Positions 26,535 to 36,778 of a stretch of DNA of 64,000 nucleotides are shown piece by piece. Location of the stretch: positions 320,001 to 384,000 of the forward strand of contig CAWCFX010000001.1 of the NCBI GenBank assembly GCA_963795085.1, written 5' to 3'. Source of the stretch: an uncultured Gemmatimonadales bacterium. GTDB taxonomy: Bacteria > Gemmatimonadota > Gemmatimonadetes > Gemmatimonadales > GWC2-71-9. The notes under the pieces were generated by a model. It ran no database searches, was not told where the DNA came from, and was given only the letters and a program-made list of their open reading frames with translations. How positions within the stretch are numbered: position 1 is the stretch's first letter; every line of letters starts with the position of its first letter. A program made the translations under genes and the position numbers.

Positions 26535-27605
26535 ATGCCGACTGACGCGCCGCAATCTAGCCCGGCCCTGAGCCGGCTACCAGCCTGTATCCTGGCTGTC
26601 CTGCTGCTCCTTTCCGCTCCTGTCGTTGCGCAGGAGCGGTTTCGTGTGACCAGTGACGTCTCCTTCCGGAAATCGGCCAATGGCGTGGTCCTCGGCACCC
26701 TGGCTCGCGGGACCGAACTCACGCTCCGGAAGACCGAGGGGAGCTGGGCCGAGTTCCGGCTGGAGGGCTGGATCTACAACCAGTCCATCAGTCCCGATTC
26801 GCGCGACGGCTTCGATGTCGTCACCCGGAGCCGCGAGAACATCCGGGCGGAGCCGAACGGCACCGTGGTCGCGCGGGCGTCGCTCGGCGCCCTGTTCCAC
26901 CGGGATGAGCAGCGCAACGGCTGGAGCCGGGTCCGCCGCGACGTATGGATTCCCCGTGCCGCGATCCAGTCGCTCAGCAATCCCCCCGCTACGGCCCAGC
27001 GGCCCCCGGCGCGCGATACGGCCCGGCGCGCTGCCCCGGCGGCTCGCGATACCGCGGCCGCGATCGGTGCCGGCCTCACCGGGGCGGCCCCTCCTGGCAG
27101 CCACGTGGAGCTCGCCGGCGCCACCCGGCTCCTGACCACTCCGGACGGCACCAGCCTGGGAACGCTCGAAAAAGGCGGCCGGGCTCGGGTGGTGAGCCGC
27201 TCCGGCGAGTGGGTGCGCGTCCAGGTGGAGGGCTGGGTGCGGGAAGGCGATACCCGCCCGGCCAGTGACAGCGGCACCCTCGCGGGGATCACCGCCGCCG
27301 AGGTGCGGGCCGCGCCGGCCCAGTTCGTCGGTAAAGTGGTCGACTGGCGGGTGCAGTTCCTCGCGGTTCAGAAAGCCGACGAGCTCCGCCCCGAGATTCC
27401 CTCCGGCCGGCACTATCTCCTGACCCGTGGCCCGCTCCCGGAATCCGGGTTCGTCTACGTGATCATCCCCGCCGACCAGGTCGAGCGATTCCGGAGCCTG
27501 ACTCCGCTGCAGGAGATCATGGTGCGGGGAACCATCAAGGCCGCCTCCACCCGCTACCTGCCTAACCCGGTGCTGGAGCTGGTGGCGCTGGTCAACACCC
27601 CGTGA
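26535..27605 (+). CDS. Exported protein with tandem SH3-like domains
   Basis: Signal peptide; three segments ending W..v...gW (WAEFRLEGWI, WSRVRRDVWI, WVRVQVEGWV); Pro/Ala linker. Confidence 0.7.
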   Translation: MPTDAPQSSPALSRLPACILAVLLLLSAPVVAQERFRVTSDVSFRKSANGVVLGTLARGTELTLRKTEGSWAEFRLEGWIYNQSISPDSRDGFDVVTRSRENIRAEPNGTVVARASLGALFHRDEQRNGWSRVRRDVWIPRAAIQSLSNPPATAQRPPARDTARRAAPAARDTAAAIGAGLTGAAPPGSHVELAGATRLLTTPDGTSLGTLEKGGRARVVSRSGEWVRVQVEGWVREGDTRPASDSGTLAGITAAEVRAAPAQFVGKVVDWRVQFLAVQKADELRPEIPSGRHYLLTRGPLPESGFVYVIIPADQVERFRSLTPLQEIMVRGTIKAASTRYLPNPVLELVALVNTP

Positions 27606-27639
27606 GCAATCCGCTCCCGCCACCTGTCAATAACTTCCG

Positions 27640-28026
27640 ATGAACGATCTGCTGAAACAGCGCATTCTCCGGCGGCTGGAGGCCCTGAGCGACGAGCGGG
27701 GGTTCCAGGTGATGGACTATATCGAGTTCCTCGAGAGCAAATATGCCGAGCGGCAGGCCCCCACCAACTTCTTCGCCAAGGTGGCGGACACGGTGGAGGA
27801 CACCATGCGGGCCGGTAAGATTCCCATCAAGGCGATCAGCGGGACCATGAACCTCATGGACAGCGCGGGCAAACTGATGAAAGGCCTCTCCGCGGCGGGC
27901 AAGGCGGTGATGGACGAGGCAGTGCGGGCCGCGGAGAGCGGCCGGCGCGAGCCCGAGTTCCCGGAAGTGCCGCGCCCGCCCGCGGCGCCCGCCCTCCCTC
28001 CGGACCGGGCCAAGCCGGCGGGATAA
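27640..28026 (+). CDS. Hypothetical protein
   Basis: Strong GC3 codon bias; N-terminal helical QVMDYIEFLESKY segment is DUF2281-like. Confidence 0.7.
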   Translation: MNDLLKQRILRRLEALSDERGFQVMDYIEFLESKYAERQAPTNFFAKVADTVEDTMRAGKIPIKAISGTMNLMDSAGKLMKGLSAAGKAVMDEAVRAAESGRREPEFPEVPRPPAAPALPPDRAKPAG

Positions 28027-28142
28027 ACGCTTGACCCGCCCGGTCCCAGCCGTCTATTCTTCGAGATGGAACCCTTTGTCACTTCAGGCCTGCCGGACTC
28101 GCCCCGATGCGAGCGGCGGGCCTTCGGCTATCGGGGCGGCCA

Positions 28143-29600
28143 GTGAGCGGCATTCGCTCCGGAGTCGCCCTGACGTTCGATGATGTCCTGCTCGCGCCCC
28201 GCTATTCATCCGTCCATCCGCGCAACGTTTCCGTCAGCAGCTACTTTACCCGCCAGATCCCCCTGAACATGCCGTTTGCCTCGGCCGCCATGGACACGGT
28301 CACCGAGGCCGAGATGGCCATGGCCATGGCCCGGGCCGGCGGCATCGGGGTCCTGCACAAGAACATGACCATCGAACGGCAGGCCGCCGAGGTGGACCGG
28401 GTCAAACGCAGCGAGAGCGGGATGATTCTCAATCCCATCACGCTGGGCCCGGAACGGCCGCTGCGGGAAGCGGTCGCGCTGATGGGCCGGTTCCGGATTT
28501 CGGGTGTACCTATCGTCGATGGCCAGGGCCGCCTGGTCGGGATCATTACCAACCGCGACCTCCAGTTCGAGCGCAACCTGGACCAGCCGATCCGGGTCGC
28601 CATGACCGCCGAGAACCTGATCACCGTCCCGGTGGGCACCAACCTGGACGAAGCGGAGCGGATCCTGGCCCGACACCGAATCGAGAAACTCCCCGTAGTG
28701 GACGACCAGGGCGTACTGCGGGGCCTGATCACGGTCAAGGATATTTTCAAGCGGCGGGAACATCCGGACGCCAACAAGGACCAGCACGGCCGGCTTCGGG
28801 TGGCGGCCGCGGTCGGGGCCACCCCGGACATTAACGGCCGGGCCAAGGCGCTGATCGATGCCGGGGTGGATGTGCTGGTGGTGGATTCCGCCCACGGCCA
28901 CAGCGAGGGGGTCCTGAAGGCCGTGGAATCGCTGCGGTGCGCCTTCCCCGATGTGCAGCTGGTGGCCGGCAACGTGGCGACCGAAGAAGGATCGCGGGAA
29001 CTGGTCCGCCGCGGCGTGGACGCGGTCAAGGTAGGCGTCGGGCCCGGTAGTATCTGCACCACCCGGGTCGTCACTGGGGTCGGCATGCCCCAGATCACCG
29101 CCATTATCGAAGCGGTGCGCGGCGCCGGCGAGGTGCCGGTCGTCGCCGACGGCGGCGTCAAGTACTCGGGCGATGCCGTGAAAGCGCTGGCGGCCGGGGC
29201 GTCCTCTGTCATGATGGGCGCGATGCTGGCCGGCACCGAGGAAAGTCCCGGCGAGTCCATCCTGGCGGAGGGCCGCCGGTTCAAGATGATCCGCGGCATG
29301 GGAAGCCTGTCGGCCATGCAGGACGGGTCGGCCGACCGGTACTTCCAACAGGGAGAGATGGGGCCGTCCAAGCTGGTACCGGAGGGCATCGAGGGCCGGG
29401 TGCCCTACAAGGGCCCGGTCGGCGATGTGCTCTTCCAGATGCTGGGCGGGCTGCGGAGCGGCATGGGGTACTGTGGAGTGGCGGACATCGCTTCGCTCCG
29501 GACCGAAGTGGAGCTGGTCCAGATCACCACGGCCGGCCTCCGCGAATCGCACCCGCACGACGTCACCATTACCCGGGAAGCTCCGAACTACAGCCGATAG
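28143..29600 (+). CDS. guaB: IMP dehydrogenase
   Basis: [19 protein letters not shown] pair, [32 protein letters not shown]; start could be ATG 28107. Confidence 0.97.
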   Translation: MSGIRSGVALTFDDVLLAPRYSSVHPRNVSVSSYFTRQIPLNMPFASAAMDTVTEAEMAMAMARAGGIGVLHKNMTIERQAAEVDRVKRSESGMILNPITLGPERPLREAVALMGRFRISGVPIVDGQGRLVGIITNRDLQFERNLDQPIRVAMTAENLITVPVGTNLDEAERILARHRIEKLPVVDDQGVLRGLITVKDIFKRREHPDANKDQHGRLRVAAAVGATPDINGRAKALIDAGVDVLVVDSAHGHSEGVLKAVESLRCAFPDVQLVAGNVATEEGSRELVRRGVDAVKVGVGPGSICTTRVVTGVGMPQITAIIEAVRGAGEVPVVADGGVKYSGDAVKALAAGASSVMMGAMLAGTEESPGESILAEGRRFKMIRGMGSLSAMQDGSADRYFQQGEMGPSKLVPEGIEGRVPYKGPVGDVLFQMLGGLRSGMGYCGVADIASLRTEVELVQITTAGLRESHPHDVTITREAPNYSR

Positions 29601-29772
29601 GCCCAGGGAGCAGCACGCAGTGAGCGGGTGGTGGTCGCGGGCCCTCGTCGCGACCGTCCATAGCCCTGAACCATCCGCGATTCCAGTCCGGGTCGCGCGC
29701 CCTTCCGATGCAGCAGCCGGCACCTTTCGCCATCCGCATTACCGGTTTCCGGCAATTTCACGGGGTGATCGT

Positions 29773-31275
29773 ATGAGCTTGTGGGCCACCAAGTCCATCA
29801 CCGAGTTGCGCCGAGAGGCCGATGCCACATCGGAGCGGTCGCTCAAGCGCCACCTGGGGAAATGGGGGCTGACCGCGCTGGGCATCGGGGCCATCATCGG
29901 CGCGGGGATCTTCGTGCTGACCGGGCAGGCCGCGGCGCTTCATGCCGGGCCGGCGGTGCCGCTCGCGATGATCATCGTGGGCATCGCCTGTACCTTTGCC
30001 GGGCTCTGCTACGCCGAGATGGCCGCGGCCGTCCCCATCGCCGGGAGCGCGTACACCTACAGCTATGCGACCATGGGCGAGCTGGTGGCCTGGATCATCG
30101 GCTGGGACCTGGTCCTGGAGTACGCCGCAGGAGCCGCCACGGTCGGCGTCGGGTGGTCGGGGCACCTGGTCAGCCTGCTCAGCCAGCTGGGCATCACCCT
30201 CCCCGGCCACCTCACCAATGCGCCGACCCAATGGTGTACGGACGGGCAGGTGACGGCCGCCGCCGCCGGGTGCAGCCATGCCGGGCTCAATTTTACCGGG
30301 GCCTTCGTCAACCTTCCAGCGGTGTTCATCGTGGTCCTGATGTCCGCCGTGCTGGTGATCGGCATCAAGGAATCGGCGAGGGTGAACAACCTGATCGTGC
30401 TCCTCAAGGTCGCCATCATCCTGCTGATCGTGCTGGTGGGCGTTTCTCACGTCAATCCGGACAACTGGAAGCCCTTCGTTCCCCCCAATACGGGCGAGTG
30501 GGGCACCTACGGGTGGTCCGGCGTGCTCCGGGGTGCCGGGCTGGTCTTCTTCGCCTACATCGGGTTCGACGCGGTGTCCACCGCCGCCCAGGAAGCCAAG
30601 AATCCGCAAAAGGATCTGCCCTTCGGGATCCTGATGTCCCTCGCCATCTGTACCCTGCTCTACGTCGTCGTCTCGGCGGTGCTGACCGGCATGGTGCCTT
30701 ACCAGGAGTTGAACCTGCCCGCCCCCATGGCGTACGCCATGGAACGGGTGGCGGCGCCGGGCTGGGTCCGCCTGTTCGTGGATGTCGGGGCGGTGCTGGG
30801 TCTGGGATCGGTCATCCTGGTCATGCTGCTGGGGCAATCCCGGATATTCTATTCCATGTCGCGCGACGGCCTGCTGGGGAAATGGGCCGGGGTGGTGCAC
30901 CCCCGGTTCCGTACGCCCTATCTTTCCACCATCTTTACCGGCATCGCGGTCGGGCTGGCAACCGGGATCCTGCCGCTCCAGTTGCTGGGGCAACTGGTCA
31001 ACATCGGCACCCTCCTGGCCTTCGCCCTGGTCTGTGCCGGTGTTCTGGTGCTCCGGAAGAAACGGCCCGACCTCGAGCGCCCGTTCCGTACCCCCTGGGT
31101 TCCGTTCGTTCCGGTCATGGGTATTCTTTGTTGCGTTGGCCTGATGGCCACCCTGCCGGCCGACACCTGGATCCGGCTCATGGTATGGCTGGCCATCGGG
31201 TTCCTGATCTATTTCGGATACAGCCGGAGAAACAGCGTTCTGCAGCAGCAGATTCAGTCCGCCCGCAAGCGGTAG
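29773..31275 (+). CDS. Amino acid permease, APC/CAT-like
   Basis: GIGAIIGAGIFV, LCYAE, GSAYTY, FFAYIGFD, RIFYSMSRDGLL, RPFRTP. Confidence 0.93.
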   Translation: MSLWATKSITELRREADATSERSLKRHLGKWGLTALGIGAIIGAGIFVLTGQAAALHAGPAVPLAMIIVGIACTFAGLCYAEMAAAVPIAGSAYTYSYATMGELVAWIIGWDLVLEYAAGAATVGVGWSGHLVSLLSQLGITLPGHLTNAPTQWCTDGQVTAAAAGCSHAGLNFTGAFVNLPAVFIVVLMSAVLVIGIKESARVNNLIVLLKVAIILLIVLVGVSHVNPDNWKPFVPPNTGEWGTYGWSGVLRGAGLVFFAYIGFDAVSTAAQEAKNPQKDLPFGILMSLAICTLLYVVVSAVLTGMVPYQELNLPAPMAYAMERVAAPGWVRLFVDVGAVLGLGSVILVMLLGQSRIFYSMSRDGLLGKWAGVVHPRFRTPYLSTIFTGIAVGLATGILPLQLLGQLVNIGTLLAFALVCAGVLVLRKKRPDLERPFRTPWVPFVPVMGILCCVGLMATLPADTWIRLMVWLAIGFLIYFGYSRRNSVLQQQIQSARKR

Positions 31276-31297
31276 TTTTCCCTCAACCTGGGTCTCT

Positions 31298-32836
31298 ATG
31301 AACCTCCTTCGAACCAAATCGCTCGCCGACCTGATGCCGGAGGACGACGAGCATAGTCTGAAGCGGGCGCTGACCGCCACGAACCTGGTCCTCCTCGGCA
31401 TCGGGGCGATCATCGGCGCCGGCATCTTCGTGCTCACGGGGACGGCGGCGGCCCAGTTCGCGGGGCCGGCGATCGTGCTCTCCTTCGTGCTGGCGGGCGC
31501 CGGGTGTCTCTTCGCCGGGCTCTGCTACGCCGAGTTCGCCTCCATGATCCCGGTCGCGGGGAGCGCCTACACCTATGGGTATGCCACCATGGGCGAGTTC
31601 GTCGCCTGGATCATCGGGTGGGACCTGATCCTGGAGTACCTCTTCGCCGCCTCCACCGTGGCCGTGGGCTGGTCGGGGTACTTCACGGCATTCATGAGCG
31701 GGATCGGCCTGCACATCCCGGCGGCGCTAGCCGGCGCGCCGTTCGGCGTCGAGGGAACCCACACCCTGGTGCGGTCGCAGATCTGCATCGACCCGGCGAC
31801 CGGCGGTGTCGCGGTGGATGCGACGGCCCATGCCATCCCGGTGGCCGACTGCGTTGCCGGCGGATTCCAGCTGGCGCACGGGATTCTCAACGTCCCGGCC
31901 ATGCTCCTGGTGCTGGTGCTGACCGCCCTGCTGGTCTTCGGCATCAAGGAATCCGCCCGGTTCAACAACATCATCGTGTACGTCAAGGTGGCCATCGTGC
32001 TGCTGGTGATCGCCTTCGGGATCAAGTACGTCAACACCGCCAACTGGATGCCGTTCATTCCCGAGAATACCGGCGAGTTCGGCCGCTTCGGGTGGAGCGG
32101 GATTCTCCGCGGGGCCGGCGTGATCTTCTTTGCCTATATCGGATTCGACGCCGTCTCTACGGCCGCCCAGGAAGCCAAGAACCCGCAGCGCGACCTCCCC
32201 ATCGGGATCCTGGGATCGCTGGCCGTCTGCACCATCCTGTACATCGCGATGGCGCTGGTCATGACCGGCATCGCCCACTACACCGAGCTGAACGTTCCCC
32301 ACCCGGTGTACGTGGCCATCGAGCGGGCCGGGCCGGCCCTCCGGTGGCTGGGCTTCCTGGTCAACATCGGCGCCATCGCCGGCCTCGCCTCCGTGGTGCT
32401 GGTCATGCTCATGGGCCAGCCCCGGATATTCTATTCGATGGCGCGCGACGGCCTGCTTCCCCCGGTCTTCGGCAAGGTCCACCCGCGGTTCCGAACCCCG
32501 TGGATCGCGACCATCATTACCGGCGGTGTGGCGGCCCTGGTGGCGGGCCTGTTCCCCATCGGCCTCCTGGGTGAGTTGGTCTCGATTGGTACCCTGCTGG
32601 CCTTCGTCATCGTCTGCGGCGGGATCTGGGTGCTTCGAATCAAGCGCCCTGAACTGCCCCGTCCCTTCCGGACCCCGCTGGTGCCGCTGGTCCCCATCCT
32701 CGGCATTCTGATCTGCGGGTACATGATGTCTGGCCTCCCCAAGGACACCTGGCTCCGCCTGCTCATCTGGATGGCGCTGGGCATGATGATCTATTTCTTC
32801 TACGGCATCCGGAACTCCAAGCTGGCCAAGCCGTAA
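31298..32836 (+). CDS. Amino acid permease, APC/CAT-like (tandem paralogue)
   Basis: Same motif set as the upstream gene. Confidence 0.93.
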   Translation: MNLLRTKSLADLMPEDDEHSLKRALTATNLVLLGIGAIIGAGIFVLTGTAAAQFAGPAIVLSFVLAGAGCLFAGLCYAEFASMIPVAGSAYTYGYATMGEFVAWIIGWDLILEYLFAASTVAVGWSGYFTAFMSGIGLHIPAALAGAPFGVEGTHTLVRSQICIDPATGGVAVDATAHAIPVADCVAGGFQLAHGILNVPAMLLVLVLTALLVFGIKESARFNNIIVYVKVAIVLLVIAFGIKYVNTANWMPFIPENTGEFGRFGWSGILRGAGVIFFAYIGFDAVSTAAQEAKNPQRDLPIGILGSLAVCTILYIAMALVMTGIAHYTELNVPHPVYVAIERAGPALRWLGFLVNIGAIAGLASVVLVMLMGQPRIFYSMARDGLLPPVFGKVHPRFRTPWIATIITGGVAALVAGLFPIGLLGELVSIGTLLAFVIVCGGIWVLRIKRPELPRPFRTPLVPLVPILGILICGYMMSGLPKDTWLRLLIWMALGMMIYFFYGIRNSKLAKP

Positions 32837-32855
32837 CCGGCCGTGTCCGGGCAGG

Positions 32856-32882
32856 AAGGGGCGCCGAAAGGTGCCCCTTTTT
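32856..32882 (+). terminator. Intrinsic terminator
   Basis: AAGGGGCGCC-GAAA-GGTGCCCCTT followed by Ts. Confidence 0.8.
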
Positions 32883-32927
32883 GCTGCCCGCGCTGCCGCC
32901 CGCCCGGCGGACGATTACTTTTGGGCC

Positions 32928-33962
32928 ATGACGATGCACCTTTCCCCGGCCCGGCTGACGGCCGCGCGTTCCTTTGCCGCCGCCTTCAAGCCCGGGATGC
33001 GGGTCTGCCTCACCACTCACGTCAACCCCGACGGCGACGGACTCGGCAGCGAAGCCGGACTGACCCACCTGCTCCAGGCCCTCGGTGTCCACGTCAGCAT
33101 TGCCAATCCCACCCCGACGCCGCCCCGATACGGATTTCTTTTCCGCGCCCTCCCCGGGGTGGACCGGAGCGATGAAGCGGTCCGGGAAATCCGGCGGGCC
33201 GACTGCATCGTGGTGCTCGATATCGGTGATATCGGGCGGCTCGGCATGCTGGCCGGTGCCGTCACGGAACGGGGTGTCCCGGTGGCCTGTATCGACCATC
33301 ACGTGAGCGGGGGAACCTTGCCCGACGGTCCGCGTTACCTGGACGCTCACGCCGCGGCCACCGCTGCGCTGGTGTACGAGCTGGCCCTGGGCAACGAATG
33401 GGCGGTGACGATGGAAGCGGCCCGGAGCCTCTACGTAGGGATCCTCACCGATACCGGGGCCTTCCGATTCAGCAACACCGACGCCCGCACGCTGCGCACT
33501 GCCGCCGCGCTGCTGGAAACGGGAATCGACCCCGAGAGCGTCTACCTCGATGTCTACGCCAACGCCCCGGAAGGACGGGCCCGGCTTCTCGCCGAAGCGC
33601 TGCAGACCCTGGTGGTGGAGCCGGAAGACGGGCTGGCCTGGGTTACGGTGCCTCCCGGCGCGCTGGCCCGCCACGGGGTAACGCCGGACGATCTGGACGG
33701 CGTGGTGGAGTATCCTCGCAGCATCGCGGGGATCCGGATGGCGCTGCTGTTCCGCGAGATCGCGAGCGGCCGGATCAAGGTCTCCCTGCGCTCCGTCGGC
33801 GACGTGGACGTCGCGGACTTTGCCCGGCCCTTCGGTGGGGGCGGACACCGGAAGGCCGCCGGTGTCTCGGTCGAGGGAACCATGGCCCAGGCCCAGGAGA
33901 CGATCCTCACCGCGGCGCGTAACTATCTGCGTAAATCCCGCGTTGATTTGCCCCGCGCATAG
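32928..33962 (+). CDS. DHH/DHHA1 phosphoesterase (NrnA-like)
   Basis: HVNPDGDGLGS, IDHH, GILTDTG.FRF, KVSLRS, GGGGHRKAAG. Confidence 0.9.
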   Translation: MTMHLSPARLTAARSFAAAFKPGMRVCLTTHVNPDGDGLGSEAGLTHLLQALGVHVSIANPTPTPPRYGFLFRALPGVDRSDEAVREIRRADCIVVLDIGDIGRLGMLAGAVTERGVPVACIDHHVSGGTLPDGPRYLDAHAAATAALVYELALGNEWAVTMEAARSLYVGILTDTGAFRFSNTDARTLRTAAALLETGIDPESVYLDVYANAPEGRARLLAEALQTLVVEPEDGLAWVTVPPGALARHGVTPDDLDGVVEYPRSIAGIRMALLFREIASGRIKVSLRSVGDVDVADFARPFGGGGHRKAAGVSVEGTMAQAQETILTAARNYLRKSRVDLPRA

Positions 33963-33977
33963 GTTACTTTGCCCCCC

Positions 33978-34208
33978 ATGGACATCCTGCAGCGCATCGA
34001 GGAGACGCTCGACACCCTGAGGCCCTATATCGCCTCCCACCGGGGCAACGTGGAAATCGTCGACTTCGATGAAGGCGATGGCACCCTCCTGCTCCGCATG
34101 GGCGGCACCTGCCATGGGTGTTCCGCCTCCACGGTGACCCTGCGGCAGGGTATCGAGACGCGCCTGCGGCAGATGGTCCCGGAAGTAAAACAGGTCCAGG
34201 CGGTCTGA
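33978..34208 (+). CDS. NifU/Nfu C-terminal domain Fe-S carrier
   Basis: LRPYI..HRGNVE, GTCHGC, TLRQGIE. Confidence 0.9.
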   Translation: MDILQRIEETLDTLRPYIASHRGNVEIVDFDEGDGTLLLRMGGTCHGCSASTVTLRQGIETRLRQMVPEVKQVQAV

Positions 34209-35332
34209 TGTCGCTCTCCGCCCGTGTCACCGCCGCTCTTTCCCGCATCACCAATCCCCGGCTGGAGAACGACCTGCTCTCCGCTGGCATGGTCCGCGAC
34301 CTGACCGCCGACGAGGCCACCGGCCAGGTGGCGTTCGTCTTCCTGCTGGGCCGGGACGACCCCGCGACCCTGGTCCGCGAGGCCCGGGCCGCGGTGCGGG
34401 CGGTGGAAGGCGTGACCGAGGTCAAGATCGCGGTCACCGATCCCGCGGGGACGCAGGGCGCCACGCACGGCCCCCCGGCGCAGCCCGCACCGGGCCAGAC
34501 CCACGGGGCCGCTGGCGCGGTGCCACCACCGCCCGTGCCGATCGAGCTTCCCGAGCTGGGCCACATCCTGGCCATTTCATCGGGCAAAGGCGGCGTGGGC
34601 AAATCAACCGTGGCGGTCAATCTCGCGGTGGCGCTGGCCCGGGCCGGCCACCGGGTCGGCGTGATGGACGCGGACGTGTACGGGCCCAACGTGCCCCGAA
34701 TGTTCGGCGTCTTCGACAAGCCGCCGGTATTGCAGGGCAAGATCCAGCCGCTGACCGCTCATGGCGTGAAGCTCATGTCGCTCGGGTTTCTGGTGGAACG
34801 GGACGCGCCGGCCATCTGGCGGGGCCCGATCATCATGAAAATCGTCCACCAGTTCCTCAAGGACGTCGAGTGGGGGCAGCTGGATTACTTCATCGTGGAC
34901 CTGCCCCCCGGCACCGGGGATGCCCAGTTGTCGCTGGTCCAGGCCTGCCACGTGGCCGGCGCTATCATCGTGACGACGCCACAGGAGGTGGCGATCGGCG
35001 ATGCGCTTCGCGGCGCCAAGATGTTCGAACGGGTCAACGTACCCGTGATCGGCATCGTGGAGAACATGAGCGGGTTCGTATGCCCCGACTGCGGGTCTCG
35101 CCACGAACTGTTCAGTACCGGCGGCGGTGAGCGGCTGTCCGACGAGATCCACGCGCCGCTGCTGGGCAAGATTCCGCTGCAGGCCCGGCTGGCGGACCAG
35201 GCCGATGCCGGCCAGCCGGTGGTGGTCGCGCAGCCGGAGTCGCCGGCCGCGCAGGCCCTCGCCGCCATCGCGGAGGGCCTCCCGGCCCGGTTGGGCGGCC
35301 GCCGGGTGTCCTTGCCCATCCTCCGCGGCTAG
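34208..35332 (+). CDS. mrp: Mrp/NBP35 (ApbC) Fe-S cluster carrier ATPase
   Basis: N-terminal DUF59-like domain, SGKGGVGKST, DADVYGP, WRGP, DLPPGTGD, ENMS..CPDC. Confidence 0.93.
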   Translation: MSLSARVTAALSRITNPRLENDLLSAGMVRDLTADEATGQVAFVFLLGRDDPATLVREARAAVRAVEGVTEVKIAVTDPAGTQGATHGPPAQPAPGQTHGAAGAVPPPPVPIELPELGHILAISSGKGGVGKSTVAVNLAVALARAGHRVGVMDADVYGPNVPRMFGVFDKPPVLQGKIQPLTAHGVKLMSLGFLVERDAPAIWRGPIIMKIVHQFLKDVEWGQLDYFIVDLPPGTGDAQLSLVQACHVAGAIIVTTPQEVAIGDALRGAKMFERVNVPVIGIVENMSGFVCPDCGSRHELFSTGGGERLSDEIHAPLLGKIPLQARLADQADAGQPVVVAQPESPAAQALAAIAEGLPARLGGRRVSLPILRG

Positions 35333-35368
35333 CCTCTCGCGACCGCCGGGACACCGGCCATTCCTTTC

Positions 35369-36127
35369 ATGCGGCTCATCACCTTTCTCTCCGATTTCGG
35401 GACATCCGATTCGTACGTCGGGGAGGTCAAGGGCGTACTGGCCAGCCTGGCGCCGGGCGCGGCGGTTACCGATATCACCCACGACATCAGTCCGGGAAAC
35501 ATCCGCGCCGCCGCCCACATCCTGGCCCGCACCTGGCACCGTTTCCCGGGCGGAACGGTGCACCTGGTGGTCGTCGACCCCGGAGTAGGCGGAGACCGGG
35601 CGCCGCTGGCGGTGGAAAGCGGCGGACACTTCTTTGTCGGTCCCGACAACGGGGTGCTGACCGCCGTCTTCATCAACGCCGCGCCCCGGGTGACCCGGAT
35701 CCCGGTTCCCGACGGGGCCGCCGCGACCTTCCATGGCCGCGACCTCTTTGCGCCCGCCGCCGCTCGGCTCGCCCTGGGACATCGCCTCGACCAGGTCGGG
35801 GAACCCGCGGAGCAGCCGCCGGTGCAGCTGGTACACCCGGTGCCCTGGTACCAGGGCAAGTCGGTCATCGGCGAGGTGCTGTACGTGGACCGGTTCGGGA
35901 ACCTGGTGACCAACCTGACCGAGGACCTCGTCCCGGCGTACGCGATCCTGGAAGTGGAGGACTTCGAGATCGGCCCGGTCCGCCGCACCTTCGGCGATGT
36001 CCCCACCGGTGAGTTGCTGGCGTATATCGGATCCGGAAACACCGTGGAAATCGCGGTGCGCGACGGGTCCGCCACCCGCCGCCTGGGCATCGGTGTCGGC
36101 GGCCGCATCCGGGTCCGCCTGGGCTGA
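35369..36127 (+). CDS. SAM hydroxide adenosyltransferase (DUF62 family)
   Basis: SDFG, VVDPGVG, GPDNG, TFHGRD, VDRFGN. Confidence 0.9.
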   Translation: MRLITFLSDFGTSDSYVGEVKGVLASLAPGAAVTDITHDISPGNIRAAAHILARTWHRFPGGTVHLVVVDPGVGGDRAPLAVESGGHFFVGPDNGVLTAVFINAAPRVTRIPVPDGAAATFHGRDLFAPAAARLALGHRLDQVGEPAEQPPVQLVHPVPWYQGKSVIGEVLYVDRFGNLVTNLTEDLVPAYAILEVEDFEIGPVRRTFGDVPTGELLAYIGSGNTVEIAVRDGSATRRLGIGVGGRIRVRLG

Positions 36128-36213
36128 GGGTCCCCCTGGCCTTTCGGCTCTTGACGAATCCGGTCCCGGGTGTAGAACTAAGCCCGCCCCCCATTCCCTG
36201 ACCGGAGCTGCCC

Positions 36214-36768
36214 ATGGTCCCGCTGCTCGATCTCTGGATACCGGTGCTGGTCTCCGGCCTGGTCGTCTTTTTCGCCAGTTCGGTGATTCACATGGCCCTC
36301 AAATACCATAAGAGCGACCTGGCCGGGGTGCCCCAGGAGGAGGCGGTCCGGGCCGCGCTCAAGGGAACGGCCCGGGGCCAGTATATGGTGCCCTATTGCT
36401 CGGACATGAAGGACATGCGCTCCGAGGCCATGCAGCGGAAGATGTCCGAGGGACCGGTGGCCCTCATCACCATCCTGCCCACTGGGCAGATCAACATGGG
36501 CCCGCTGCTGACCCGGTGGATGGTCTATTGCCTCGTCATTTCACTGTTCGCCGGATACATCGCATCCGCGAGCCAGCCGGCCGGCGCGGAGTACCTGAAG
36601 ATCTTCCAGGTGGTGGGCACCACGGCCTGGATGGGGTATGCGGGCGCGGCCATCTCCCAGGGCATCTGGCAGAGCCGGCCCTGGTCCACGGTCTTCAAGG
36701 ATGTCTTTGACGGGTTGGTCTATGGCCTGTTGACGGCGGGCGTCTTCGGCTGGCTCTGGCCCCGGTAG
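36214..36768 (+). CDS. Hypothetical membrane protein
   Basis: Four hydrophobic segments, GGAG RBS, strong codon bias. Confidence 0.75.
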   Translation: MVPLLDLWIPVLVSGLVVFFASSVIHMALKYHKSDLAGVPQEEAVRAALKGTARGQYMVPYCSDMKDMRSEAMQRKMSEGPVALITILPTGQINMGPLLTRWMVYCLVISLFAGYIASASQPAGAEYLKIFQVVGTTAWMGYAGAAISQGIWQSRPWSTVFKDVFDGLVYGLLTAGVFGWLWPR

Positions 36769-36778
36769 GTCCCGCCTT

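Noticed and set aside
29601..29772. Amino-acid riboswitch or leader before the permeases
   Set aside because: Only one short GC hairpin; no lysine, glycine or T-box motifs and no terminator.
35369..36127. SAM-dependent fluorinase/chlorinase
   Set aside because: The TFHGRD motif and housekeeping context indicate the DUF62 hydrolase branch.
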